IMG/VR virus record: IMGVR_UViG_3300027833_000017 | Reading direction: 5' to 3' (one strand) | From: a virus | DNA: 64,000 nt | Shown here: piece after piece, positions 48,719-57,620 of the stretch | Position numbering within the stretch: the stretch's first letter is position 1 | Layout: each line of letters opens with the position of its first letter | Notes under the pieces: model-generated | The model's database searches: none | What the model was told of the DNA's origin: nothing | The model's input: only the letters and a program-made list of their open reading frames with translations | Made by a program: the position numbers and the translations under genes

Positions 48719-49738
48719 ATGAGAATATTATTTTATGCGGGTTATCAAAAAAACAAATTTGATAGCAATACCAGTATTGGATTAGCAGGAACTGAAATTG
48801 CTATAATTAATATAGCTAAAGAGATAGTTAAATTTGGTTATAAGGTTGTGGTTTCTGGTGAAGTAAAAGATTCTGGTTTAATTGATGGTGTAGAATGGAT
48901 ATCAACACATAATGTTCATGAAAAATATTTTGATCAGTTTGATTATATTATATCTGCAAGTTATATCCATTTTCTAAAAGAGTTTGAAGGGTATTCAGCA
49001 AAGAAAGTATTTTGGGCACATAATACACATCATCACCCATGGTGGAATCACAAAGTGTTAGGAGACGCAAACCTTTTAATACAACGAGTTGATCATACAA
49101 TTTGTTTGACTAATTGGCATAAGAATCATTGGGCACACACATATAATATACCTTTAAATAAAATCTCAGTGATTGGTAATGCCATTGATCCTTCGACATT
49201 TAATGGTACTCCTGAAAAAATAAAAGGTAAATTCATATATAGTTCTGCACCTGAACGTGGCTTATTAGAATTATTAAAAAACTGGCCAAAGATAAAAGAT
49301 ATAATGCCACATGCAACATTAGACATATATTCTCCAGGCTATTCTATAGCAAATCATACTGACTATTCATTTAATAAGTTTGAAGAAGTTACGTGTCATG
49401 GTACAGTAGATCAAGAAACATTACACGCTGCAATGTTACGTGCAGAATATTGGTGTTATGTAACTGATTATGAAGAAACATATTGTATTACTGCGCTTGA
49501 AATGCAATATGCCAAAGTATTACCTATTGTTACCAAGGTAGCAGCCTTAAAAGAGACTGTAAATAGTGGAGTTATCTTAGAAAGAAATGAAACAAATTGG
49601 AATCAGGTTATACAAATACTAGGTACACTAAGTAGTGGACTTAAAGATAAATCAATTAATGATGCTTATAAATGGTCTAAACAACAAACATGGAATGCCA
49701 GATCATATGATTGGAAAAACATATTAGAATCTATATGA
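48719..49738 (+). CDS. GT4-like glycosyltransferase
   Basis: GLAGTE, YSSAPERGL, EETYCITALEMQ, AALKETV. Confidence 0.8.
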   Translation: MRILFYAGYQKNKFDSNTSIGLAGTEIAIINIAKEIVKFGYKVVVSGEVKDSGLIDGVEWISTHNVHEKYFDQFDYIISASYIHFLKEFEGYSAKKVFWAHNTHHHPWWNHKVLGDANLLIQRVDHTICLTNWHKNHWAHTYNIPLNKISVIGNAIDPSTFNGTPEKIKGKFIYSSAPERGLLELLKNWPKIKDIMPHATLDIYSPGYSIANHTDYSFNKFEEVTCHGTVDQETLHAAMLRAEYWCYVTDYEETYCITALEMQYAKVLPIVTKVAALKETVNSGVILERNETNWNQVIQILGTLSSGLKDKSINDAYKWSKQQTWNARSYDWKNILESI

Positions 49739-51066
49739 AAATAGATAAAATTTATATTATAAGTTTGAATGCCGGAGATCCAAGTATTCAGAGAAACATT
49801 GCCACCAGGGTAGATCAACTTGGTATGCCATATTCTGTAGAATGGGAAATAGTTCAAGGTTTTGATGGAACTTCAGGTAATTTATTAGATGGACATAGTG
49901 TATATAATTTATGGAATTTAGGATCTGATTCATGGAATGATTGGTGGAAAAGAGATGTTACTGGTGGAGAAGCAGGTTGTGCAATTAGTCACTTAAGTAT
50001 ATGGAACAATATAATAGAAAACAATGTCAATTGTGCATTAATATTAGAAGATGATTTTGTTTCAGTAGCTCCGCTTACAAATCCAGTTATTCCAAATACA
50101 GAATGGGATATTGCATTTTTAGGTAGAAATGCTATATGTTCTAAGGATGAAAAAAGAATTGATGCAAGTAATAAATGGGTAACAGCTCTTAGTAGTTATA
50201 ATACACACGCGTATGTAATTAAAAGAGACACTGCAAAAATCCTAGTCAATGATTATAACTTTAAACAAAATCTAATTGCACCCGACGAATTCTTAACAGC
50301 AACATATACAGAGCATAGAAGACAAGATATTAATATACTGTTTCCACCAAAACTTAAAGCGATAGCTCCAGTTGATAATTGGATAGAACAAAATAGACCG
50401 CATGAACAATCTATGACAGAACCACATGATGCGAATATTAATTTATTGAAAACACAACCGTATTTCGAAATATTAGATGATAGTGATTGGGATTCATGGA
50501 AATCAAAATATGTAAACGAAACGGTGTCTAAGGGTGAATATGATTTAATGGTAGATGATATAGGAAATAATATTTATGAGTTTCCATTATTTACAGAAAA
50601 ATTCTGTAAAGAAGCCGTAGGTTTGGCAGAAGTTATGGATAAATGGACAAAAGACAGACACGAATTTTATCCAACAAACGATGTCTTATTACCAGAAATA
50701 GGATTAGATCATATTTATAATAGAGTTGTAAGAGAAATAGTTTCTCCTCTTTGTATACATTTATGGGAATTAGAAGGTGCAGGTTGGGACAATATGGATA
50801 CTGAAAACTTTATGGTAAGATACACTACTGATAGACAATCTCATTTAAGTTTACATCACGACTTTAGTCATATTACAATGGTAGTAAAATTAAACGATGA
50901 GTTTGATGGAGGCGGTACATGGTTTCCAAAATATAAAATATTATCAAATCCAAAATTAGTGGGCACTGCAACCATTCACCCAGGAATGATTACACATAAA
51001 CATGGTGCCAGACCAATACACAGTGGGAAAAGATACATTAATGTATCATTTATGAGAAAGAAATAA
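49735..51066 (+). CDS. GT25 (collagen galactosyltransferase-like) + PLOD-type lysyl hydroxylase fusion
   Basis: N-half: IYIISL, GEAGCAISH..IW, LILEDD, WDIAFLGR, AYVI, DEFL. C-half: FPLFTEKFC, NFMVRY..Q.HL..HHD, GGGT.F, HPG.ITH.H, G.RYI.VSF. Confidence 0.8.
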   Translation: MKIDKIYIISLNAGDPSIQRNIATRVDQLGMPYSVEWEIVQGFDGTSGNLLDGHSVYNLWNLGSDSWNDWWKRDVTGGEAGCAISHLSIWNNIIENNVNCALILEDDFVSVAPLTNPVIPNTEWDIAFLGRNAICSKDEKRIDASNKWVTALSSYNTHAYVIKRDTAKILVNDYNFKQNLIAPDEFLTATYTEHRRQDINILFPPKLKAIAPVDNWIEQNRPHEQSMTEPHDANINLLKTQPYFEILDDSDWDSWKSKYVNETVSKGEYDLMVDDIGNNIYEFPLFTEKFCKEAVGLAEVMDKWTKDRHEFYPTNDVLLPEIGLDHIYNRVVREIVSPLCIHLWELEGAGWDNMDTENFMVRYTTDRQSHLSLHHDFSHITMVVKLNDEFDGGGTWFPKYKILSNPKLVGTATIHPGMITHKHGARPIHSGKRYINVSFMRKK

Positions 51067-51081
51067 TTAATAAAAAATAAT

Positions 51082-51510
51082 ATGAAAAAAGAGATTACAT
51101 TTAACGAGATCGTTGGAGATGATGGGCATTTAGTATCACCCGTTTTAAAGAATGGTGCTAAGAATTATTTAATTGATATTGACGGTACAATTACAGATGA
51201 TGTACCAAACGAAGAGCCAGAAAGAATGTCAATAGTTTTACCATATGAAGGATCTGTAGAAACACTTAATAGATGGTATGACGAAGGACATGTTGTAACT
51301 TTCTTTACTTCAAGAACTGAAGGCGTAAGAGAGATTACAGAAACTTGGCTAAATAAACATGGTTTTAAATATCATGGACTATTAATGGGAAAACCAAGAG
51401 GTGGTAATTATCATTGGGTTGACAACCATATTGTTAAGGGTACAAGATATGAAGGTAAATGGGCAGACCTGGTTAGAGAAGAAAGAACGATAGAAGTATT
51501 TCCTTCGTAG
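51082..51510 (+). CDS. HAD-superfamily phosphatase
   Basis: LIDIDGT, FFTSR, LLMGKPRG, WVDN. Confidence 0.8.
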   Translation: MKKEITFNEIVGDDGHLVSPVLKNGAKNYLIDIDGTITDDVPNEEPERMSIVLPYEGSVETLNRWYDEGHVVTFFTSRTEGVREITETWLNKHGFKYHGLLMGKPRGGNYHWVDNHIVKGTRYEGKWADLVREERTIEVFPS

Positions 51511-51521
51511 ATATATATTAA

Positions 51522-52454
51522 ATGAGAAGTATATACACATTTAAGGATTTTCTTTTAGAAGCTGATGAAAATGATCAACTTAAAAAAATCTGCATCGCAG
51601 TTTCTGTAGAAATGCCAGATAATAAATATGTGTATGATTCTAAATATAATGTCTCAAAGGTATTTGAATTATTAGATAAAAATAAAAAAGCAGAACCTTC
51701 TGAAATTCCAGTTCTTAATTATGCTAATTGGAAAATTGAGAAAATGATAAATGATGGATGGGATTCTAAATTTATTTATAATTCAATTGAAGCTAAACAA
51801 AGAGTTTCTTCCAAAGTAAAATGGTGTAAGACTCATGAAAAATCTAAACATACGCCTAAAGTAGTTTTTGATAAATCAAATTTAAAAGAACTTAAATATC
51901 CTATTATAGCTAAACCAGATAACAGATATAGCGGCCAGGGTATTATGGTTTTTAAAGAAGAAAAAGATTTAGAAGGCGTTGATTTAGATCAGTTTTCAGT
52001 TTTCTCAGAAAAGATAAATATCGTAAATGAACTTAGAATTTATTGTTGGAAAGGAAAACCTTTGATGTTAGTATATAGAGTGCCTGCAAACGAAGAAACA
52101 AAAAACCTATCTAAAAAAGCGGATGATAAACTAGTATTTAATTACGAATTATCAAAATCACCTATAACAGAAAATTTAGTTGGTGTTGTTGAAGAATTTT
52201 CAAAAGAACACAATGATTTAGATTTTTATTCAGTAGATATTGTTATAGATGATAAAGATCATCCTTATGTTATTGAAATGTCATCAGAACCTGGACCAGT
52301 ATTTGGTGTTATGGGACATGTATATAAAGAAATGTATAAAGACTATTACGGAGAAGATATTTCAGATAAAACTAAAAAAATAATTGACGCTTATATAGAA
52401 GAGGATATTAATACAACGATTGCTTCAGATGAATCTAGATTCAAAAGAAGATAA
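51522..52454 (+). CDS. ATP-grasp (RimK-like) protein
   Basis: YPIIAKP..YSGQGI, ELRIY, SVDIV..YVIEMSSEPG. Confidence 0.65.
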   Translation: MRSIYTFKDFLLEADENDQLKKICIAVSVEMPDNKYVYDSKYNVSKVFELLDKNKKAEPSEIPVLNYANWKIEKMINDGWDSKFIYNSIEAKQRVSSKVKWCKTHEKSKHTPKVVFDKSNLKELKYPIIAKPDNRYSGQGIMVFKEEKDLEGVDLDQFSVFSEKINIVNELRIYCWKGKPLMLVYRVPANEETKNLSKKADDKLVFNYELSKSPITENLVGVVEEFSKEHNDLDFYSVDIVIDDKDHPYVIEMSSEPGPVFGVMGHVYKEMYKDYYGEDISDKTKKIIDAYIEEDINTTIASDESRFKRR

Positions 52455-52499
52455 ATCGAATAAATAAAAAGATAAATAGAAAGAATTAAAAATAGAATT

Positions 52500-52742
52500 A
52501 TGGCAGAACCTAATATGAACTGTATGATTATTAATGTGTGGATACATCACATGCAAATAGACGAATTATTCGATTTCTTAAATATGAGAATAGATCGTGC
52601 ACCATTTTATTGGTTAAACGAAGCATCGGTGCCTACGTCAATTACTGGTGGTTATGTTATGATTTCATTAACATATGATTCTTATTCTCATTTATCTTCT
52701 AACAGAAACTGGGACGAAGCTCCTGGTTGGATAAAACAATAA
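52500..52742 (+). CDS. Hypothetical protein
   Basis: 80 aa ORF. Confidence 0.5.
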   Translation: MAEPNMNCMIINVWIHHMQIDELFDFLNMRIDRAPFYWLNEASVPTSITGGYVMISLTYDSYSHLSSNRNWDEAPGWIKQ

Positions 52743-52926
52743 TATGAAAAAACAAACAAACATGAAAGCGTTTCTTTTAAATTACAAAGGAGCGAAGTAC
52801 AAAGCTAACACACTTATTGGTGTTATTTGGAAGTTTATTATTAAGAAGAAATAAACAAATCCTAAAAAGAGAGTATAAAGAACGTCTAGATTAATCTAGG
52901 CGTTTTTTTAGGATTAAAACAAATAT

Positions 52927-53670
52927 ATGTATACACTAAGCGAACTTCAACAGATGATCTTCATTGACATCGAAACTAGTACACAAAAAGAAACATTCCA
53001 GGAGATCATAGATGAGAACCCTGCTCTCGAAGAGTATTGGAATATAAAATCTACGCAACTTATTGAAAGTCAGCCAGAAACTCTTAAAGACTTTGCTGAT
53101 CCACATAAAATGTGGTCTCGTATGGCAGGACTTTATCCAGAATGGGGTAAAATAGTCTGTATTTCTGTGGGACAATTAAAGTTTGATGAGACTGGATTTC
53201 CTAATGACTTTAAAGCAATGTCATTTAGTGGAACAGATGAGGCTCAGGTTCTTAAAGACTTTTCACAAACTGCTGCCAAAATTATGCAGAAATATCCTAA
53301 AATGAAATGGGTTGGCCATAATATTAAAGGATTTGATTTACCTTATATTATTAAGAGATCATTGATTAATGAGGTACAAGTTCCCTCTGCATTTCATTTA
53401 CATAAACAAAAACCATGGGAAAACTGTTTACTAGACACACAAGATGTTTGGAAATTTGGTGGATGGAACTCTGCTAAATTAGGTTTAATTTCAGAACTGC
53501 TAGGTATTCCATCTCCTAAAGATGCAATGTCAGGACCAGAAGTAAACGAATATTATTGGAATGATAGGTTAGAAGAAATAAAAACATATTGTGAAAAGGA
53601 TATTCAAGCGACTGCTAACATTATGTTAAAAATGAGCGGCATGCCAATTATAGAAGGTGTTCCCTTTTAA
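52927..53670 (+). CDS. PolB-like 3'-5' exonuclease
   Basis: FIDIET, GHNIKGFDLPY, KPWE..LDT, YCEKD. Confidence 0.85.
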   Translation: MYTLSELQQMIFIDIETSTQKETFQEIIDENPALEEYWNIKSTQLIESQPETLKDFADPHKMWSRMAGLYPEWGKIVCISVGQLKFDETGFPNDFKAMSFSGTDEAQVLKDFSQTAAKIMQKYPKMKWVGHNIKGFDLPYIIKRSLINEVQVPSAFHLHKQKPWENCLLDTQDVWKFGGWNSAKLGLISELLGIPSPKDAMSGPEVNEYYWNDRLEEIKTYCEKDIQATANIMLKMSGMPIIEGVPF

Positions 53671-53672
53671 AA

Positions 53673-53685
53673 TGACAATATGTCA
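53673..53685. promoter_or_regulatory. TGACA-N3-TGTCA palindrome upstream of hsp20
   Basis: tgacaatatgtca; half-site repeated at ~53705. Confidence 0.45.
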
Positions 53686-53791
53686 CTTAGTTCATAAAAT
53701 ATATGTCACTAAGTCTTAATACTCAGTTTGGTATAATATTTTCAGTATACTATACGAGCACGTTGCTCAAATAATTATAAAAAATCAAACT

Positions 53792-54151
53792 ATGTTTTAC
53801 ACAACAAGCGACCACATTGACAACATTTTTAGAGGAATACAAGAACCTCTATGGAAAACTGGAAAATTAATAAGTGATCATCTTACTGATTTTCATTACG
53901 AAGACGGAGTATTTACTATGGCACTTCCTGGATTTTCTAAAAAAGATTTAGAAATTGAAATGGAAGGATCTACTTTAAAAATCTCTGCAGATATTAAAGA
54001 AAAGGATGAAACACTATATAAAAAATCATTCGAAAAGAAATTTAGAGCATCTAATATAGATGTAGAAAGTGTAACCGCTACAATGTCTGATGGAATATTA
54101 ACTATCATGTTAGACAAGAAAGTAAATCCTAAAAAAATTAAAGTAATATAA
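53792..54151 (+). CDS. Small heat-shock protein (Hsp20)
   Basis: ALPGFSKKDLEI, A.MSDGILTI. Confidence 0.85.
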   Translation: MFYTTSDHIDNIFRGIQEPLWKTGKLISDHLTDFHYEDGVFTMALPGFSKKDLEIEMEGSTLKISADIKEKDETLYKKSFEKKFRASNIDVESVTATMSDGILTIMLDKKVNPKKIKVI

Positions 54152-54153
54152 TT

Positions 54154-54179
54154 AAAGCGGCTTATGCCGCTTTTTTTTT
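54154..54179 (+). terminator. Intrinsic terminator
   Basis: aaagcggc-ttat-gccgcttttttttt. Confidence 0.8.
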
Positions 54180-54194
54180 AAAAAAATGCCACCA

Positions 54195-54236
54195 GATTTT
54201 TTTATGTCATTTATTTGTGGTATATTAGCAGTATAA
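54195..54236 (+). promoter_or_regulatory. Class I promoter copy
   Basis: gatttttttatgtcatttatttgtggTATATTAGcagtata. Confidence 0.75.
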
Positions 54237-54251
54237 TTAAACACATAAGAT

Positions 54252-54446
54252 ATGACAAATTTAGATTACGCTAAGATTAGCGACGTAGAAGTAGATGGTA
54301 TAGACACATCGGATTACCCAGATTTTTGTGATGCTTTTATTGCATACGCAGAATATGATGGTAAAGAAATGACAGACGAACAATTAGATTTATTAAACGA
54401 AGATTCTGATTTTGTTTATGAAGCTGTACAAAATTTTTTATTTTAA
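54252..54446 (+). CDS. Small acidic phage protein
   Basis: DGIDTSDYPDFCDAFI; behind a class I promoter. Confidence 0.65.
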   Translation: MTNLDYAKISDVEVDGIDTSDYPDFCDAFIAYAEYDGKEMTDEQLDLLNEDSDFVYEAVQNFLF

Positions 54447-54456
54447 TATATAATAT

Positions 54457-54768
54457 ATGAAAGAAGACGATTTTAATTTTGATGAATTTATGGAAAATAG
54501 CAATAGCGATTTTGAAATGAAACTTGAAGAATACAAAGATCGTATGATTCGATTAGCTATTGAAACTAATTACGCACAAATAGAAAAGAACGGTATTAAT
54601 GATTGGCATCTTAGGCATATGGATCCTACAGAATTAATTTCATTAAACGGAACTTTTAAAATGATGCTCGATTATTTTGAAGAAAACGAAGAATACGAAA
54701 AGTGTGCTAAGATTATGAAGCAACTAAATACTATGGATTCTATTATGTCTCCAAAGCGAGATATATAA
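54457..54768 (+). CDS. Small protein with UVR-like motif
   Basis: YFEENEEYEKCAKI. Confidence 0.65.
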   Translation: MKEDDFNFDEFMENSNSDFEMKLEEYKDRMIRLAIETNYAQIEKNGINDWHLRHMDPTELISLNGTFKMMLDYFEENEEYEKCAKIMKQLNTMDSIMSPKRDI

Positions 54769-54771
54769 AGC

Positions 54772-55029
54772 ATGAAGTATATAAAATTATTTGAAGAGGA
54801 TAGAGTAGATCTTAAAAACGAAAATCCTCTTTTGATTAAAATAAGACATTTTGGTGGAAGTGTTAAAAGTCTTGATGATTGGTTAAGATCAAAGATAGGT
54901 GAAACAAATCCATATAAAGACACTATAATGGTAAACGGTCCACATATGGGAAAGAAAGATAAATCTTTGCCATATCAAGATTTCCAAAATGGAGAATCGG
55001 ATTTAGTAAATAATAATTATGGAAGATAA
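54772..55029 (+). CDS. Hypothetical, possible internal virion protein
   Basis: MKYIKLFEE leader. Confidence 0.55.
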   Translation: MKYIKLFEEDRVDLKNENPLLIKIRHFGGSVKSLDDWLRSKIGETNPYKDTIMVNGPHMGKKDKSLPYQDFQNGESDLVNNNYGR

Positions 55030-55249
55030 AATAGCAAAAGAAATAGCATTTCAATTAAAAAGAATAGCAGACGCATTAGAAAAATCTAATAAAAATTCGG
55101 AAACATCTGAAAAAAGAAATGCTGTTATTGGCAAACTTCAAGAAAAAAATCTAAAAGCAGATCTGAGAGAAAAACTTAATTTAGATCAAGCAGATTACAC
55201 ACCACATCCTAATTCTCCTAGATTTAAAACAGATGATGGATCCTTATAG
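55019..55249 (+). CDS. Hypothetical protein
   Basis: QLKRIADALEK coiled segment. Confidence 0.55.
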   Translation: MEDKIAKEIAFQLKRIADALEKSNKNSETSEKRNAVIGKLQEKNLKADLREKLNLDQADYTPHPNSPRFKTDDGSL

Positions 55250-56039
55250 TGTATTAGGTGTCGACAAAACATCTTCACAAGATGACATTAAAAAAGCATA
55301 TAGGAAATTAGCCAAAGAATATCATCCTGATAAAAACGATGGCAATGACGAAAGATTTAAAGAGATTGCAGACGCTTATGAAAAAATAGGTGATGATTCT
55401 TCGAGGCAAAAATATGACTCAGCCTCTAACTTTCAAAATTTTAACGGATTTAGTGATGGAAATATTAATATGTCAGAGCTTTTTGATCAAGTATTTGGCA
55501 ATGCATTTGGATCCAGACAATCGTCTAAGGGTCAAGATTTAAGATTAGATTTACATTTAAGTTTTGACGAAGCTTATGCTGGAACTTCTAAAAAGTTTGC
55601 AGTTAATGGTCAAGATATTAAAGTTGATTTTAAAGCTGGACTTAAAACAGGAATGAAACTAAGAGTCGCGGGAAAGGGACAACCTCATCAATATAATTCT
55701 ACACTACCAAGCGGTGATCTTATTATTCACATACATGTAATGCACAACAGTGATTGGATTTTACAAGACAATGATATTTGGTTAGATTTGAATCTATCAT
55801 GGGAAGATATATTCTTAGGAACTAAAGTAAATGTAAATACACCTGAAGGTCCACTCTATATTAATGTGCCTGAGAATAGTTATCCTGGAAAAGTTCTTAG
55901 AATCAGAGATCGAGGATATCCCGTATATGGCACCGAAAAAAAAGGTGCACTTTTATGTAAATTAAATGCTTCTTATTTTGAACTTAATTCCGAACAATTG
56001 GAATATATAAAGAAAGTAAAGAGCATAAAAGATGAATGA
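55233..56039 (+). CDS. dnaJ: DnaJ/CbpA-like co-chaperone (no Zn finger)
   Basis: DPYSVLGV..IKKAYRKLAKEYHPD; DnaJ C-terminal LRVAGKG..GDL. Confidence 0.85.
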   Translation: MMDPYSVLGVDKTSSQDDIKKAYRKLAKEYHPDKNDGNDERFKEIADAYEKIGDDSSRQKYDSASNFQNFNGFSDGNINMSELFDQVFGNAFGSRQSSKGQDLRLDLHLSFDEAYAGTSKKFAVNGQDIKVDFKAGLKTGMKLRVAGKGQPHQYNSTLPSGDLIIHIHVMHNSDWILQDNDIWLDLNLSWEDIFLGTKVNVNTPEGPLYINVPENSYPGKVLRIRDRGYPVYGTEKKGALLCKLNASYFELNSEQLEYIKKVKSIKDE

Positions 56040-56295
56040 TTATACGTTTAGCGACGATAGTAAAAAATGGTTTAGAATATTCGATGGACTCATAGTTAAC
56101 AATGAGGATATGTTTTTCAATGCATTATATATGGCCATTACACATCATCCAACTTATGTCATTGCTTCAGATTTAGAAGACGAGCGCAAGATCACTATTT
56201 TAGGTGCAATGTTAAAGCACTTTGAAAAAAAAGAAGAATTCGAAAAATGCGCCAGTATTTATAACATTAAAAAACAGATTAAAACAATATGCTAA
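56032..56295 (+). CDS. Small protein with UVR-like motif
   Basis: HFEKKEEFEKCASI. Confidence 0.65.
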   Translation: MNDYTFSDDSKKWFRIFDGLIVNNEDMFFNALYMAITHHPTYVIASDLEDERKITILGAMLKHFEKKEEFEKCASIYNIKKQIKTIC

Positions 56296-56474
56296 TAATA
56301 GAAGTAGATAAGGGGAATATAGAAAGGGCACTGAAACAGTATAAAAGAAAGGTTAGAAATACTAAACAAATAAATCACTTAAGAGATCAACAAGATTTCA
56401 CCAAGCCATCAGCAAAGAAACGTCTTAAGATGCAAAAAGCCAAGTACTTGCAATCAAAAAATCAACCGGAATAA
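56289..56474 (+). CDS. rpsU: Ribosomal protein bS21
   Basis: MLIIEV..GNIERALKQYKRK...LR...F.KPS.KKR....KAKY. Confidence 0.9.
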   Translation: MLIIEVDKGNIERALKQYKRKVRNTKQINHLRDQQDFTKPSAKKRLKMQKAKYLQSKNQPE

Positions 56475-56588
56475 TATATTAATAAATTATCCTAATATTT
56501 TAATTGATTTCTATATTAGGTAAACCGTATATTAATATATACTATAAGAAGCAACTAAGTTGTAACTAAAAACAAAAGGTAATTTAAG

Positions 56589-56849
56589 ATGGCAGGCTTT
56601 ATTTCAAGTTCAGATAAAGATAGTTTGATGAGAGCTAGTTACTACCAGATAACTAGAAATTTTACTAAAACAGTAAATAGATTCATCGCATTCAAGGATA
56701 CAGATCGTATCGTTGAAATTCCTCATGGAATAAAACAGCGTTCTAAATTTATCGACCTAATGATTAAATACTTCGAATCATTAGAAGAGTACGAGAAATG
56801 TACTAAGCTGGTAAAACTAAAAGAACTTGTCATAATGGCAGGGGATTAA
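56589..56849 (+). CDS. Small protein with UVR-like motif
   Basis: YFESLEEYEKCTKL. Confidence 0.65.
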   Translation: MAGFISSSDKDSLMRASYYQITRNFTKTVNRFIAFKDTDRIVEIPHGIKQRSKFIDLMIKYFESLEEYEKCTKLVKLKELVIMAGD

Positions 56850-56868
56850 TTATAAAAATAATTATTAA

Positions 56869-57576
56869 ATGAGTAGAGGAACAGAAAAGCAAACAAGACA
56901 ATCTAAAAACGGAACAATAGATTCCGGTTTAAAAAGAGTTACACTTAGACAGTCCCAACATAAATACGTACAACAAATAGAAGAAAACGAAATAACATTT
57001 TGTTACGGTCCAGCAGGAACATCAAAAACATTTACTGCATGTTTCGTAGCACTTAAATTACTACAAGAAAAGAAAATAAAAGAAATTATCCTTTGTAAAC
57101 CCATACAAGAAGCGGGTGAAAAGTTAGGATTTTTACCAGGAACAAAAGAAGAAAAGATCGACCCTTATATGAATTCGTATATTTCGAATATCACTAAAAT
57201 AGTAGGAGGTCAACAAGCAAAATATTTATTTGATAGCAAAACAATTAGATTTGAGCCACTTGCGTATATGAGAGGTGATACTTTTGATGATGCGCTTATG
57301 GTTTTAGATGAAGCACAAAATGCAACATTTAAACAATTAATGTTATTTGTAACTAGAATGGGTAAATCAAGTAAAGTTGTAGTTACAGGTGATGTCAGTC
57401 AACATGATATTGCTAAGCAGCAAGTAGGTTTACCAGGGTTCATAGAGATTATGCAGGATGTAAAAGGAATCGGTGTACATATATTTAGTAATAAAGATAT
57501 TGTAAGAGCTAAGATCTTACAGGAAGTCGTACAGAGATATGATGAGTGGAAATCAAAAAACGAAAACAAATTTTAG
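56869..57576 (+). CDS. phoH: PhoH-family ATPase
   Basis: GPAGTSKT, LGFLPG, PLAYMRG.TF, LDEAQN, TRMG, GD..Q.D. Confidence 0.92.
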   Translation: MSRGTEKQTRQSKNGTIDSGLKRVTLRQSQHKYVQQIEENEITFCYGPAGTSKTFTACFVALKLLQEKKIKEIILCKPIQEAGEKLGFLPGTKEEKIDPYMNSYISNITKIVGGQQAKYLFDSKTIRFEPLAYMRGDTFDDALMVLDEAQNATFKQLMLFVTRMGKSSKVVVTGDVSQHDIAKQQVGLPGFIEIMQDVKGIGVHIFSNKDIVRAKILQEVVQRYDEWKSKNENKF

Positions 57577-57620
57577 AAACATTTTAATGATTCCGTATAT
57601 AAGTACTAAACATACTATAT

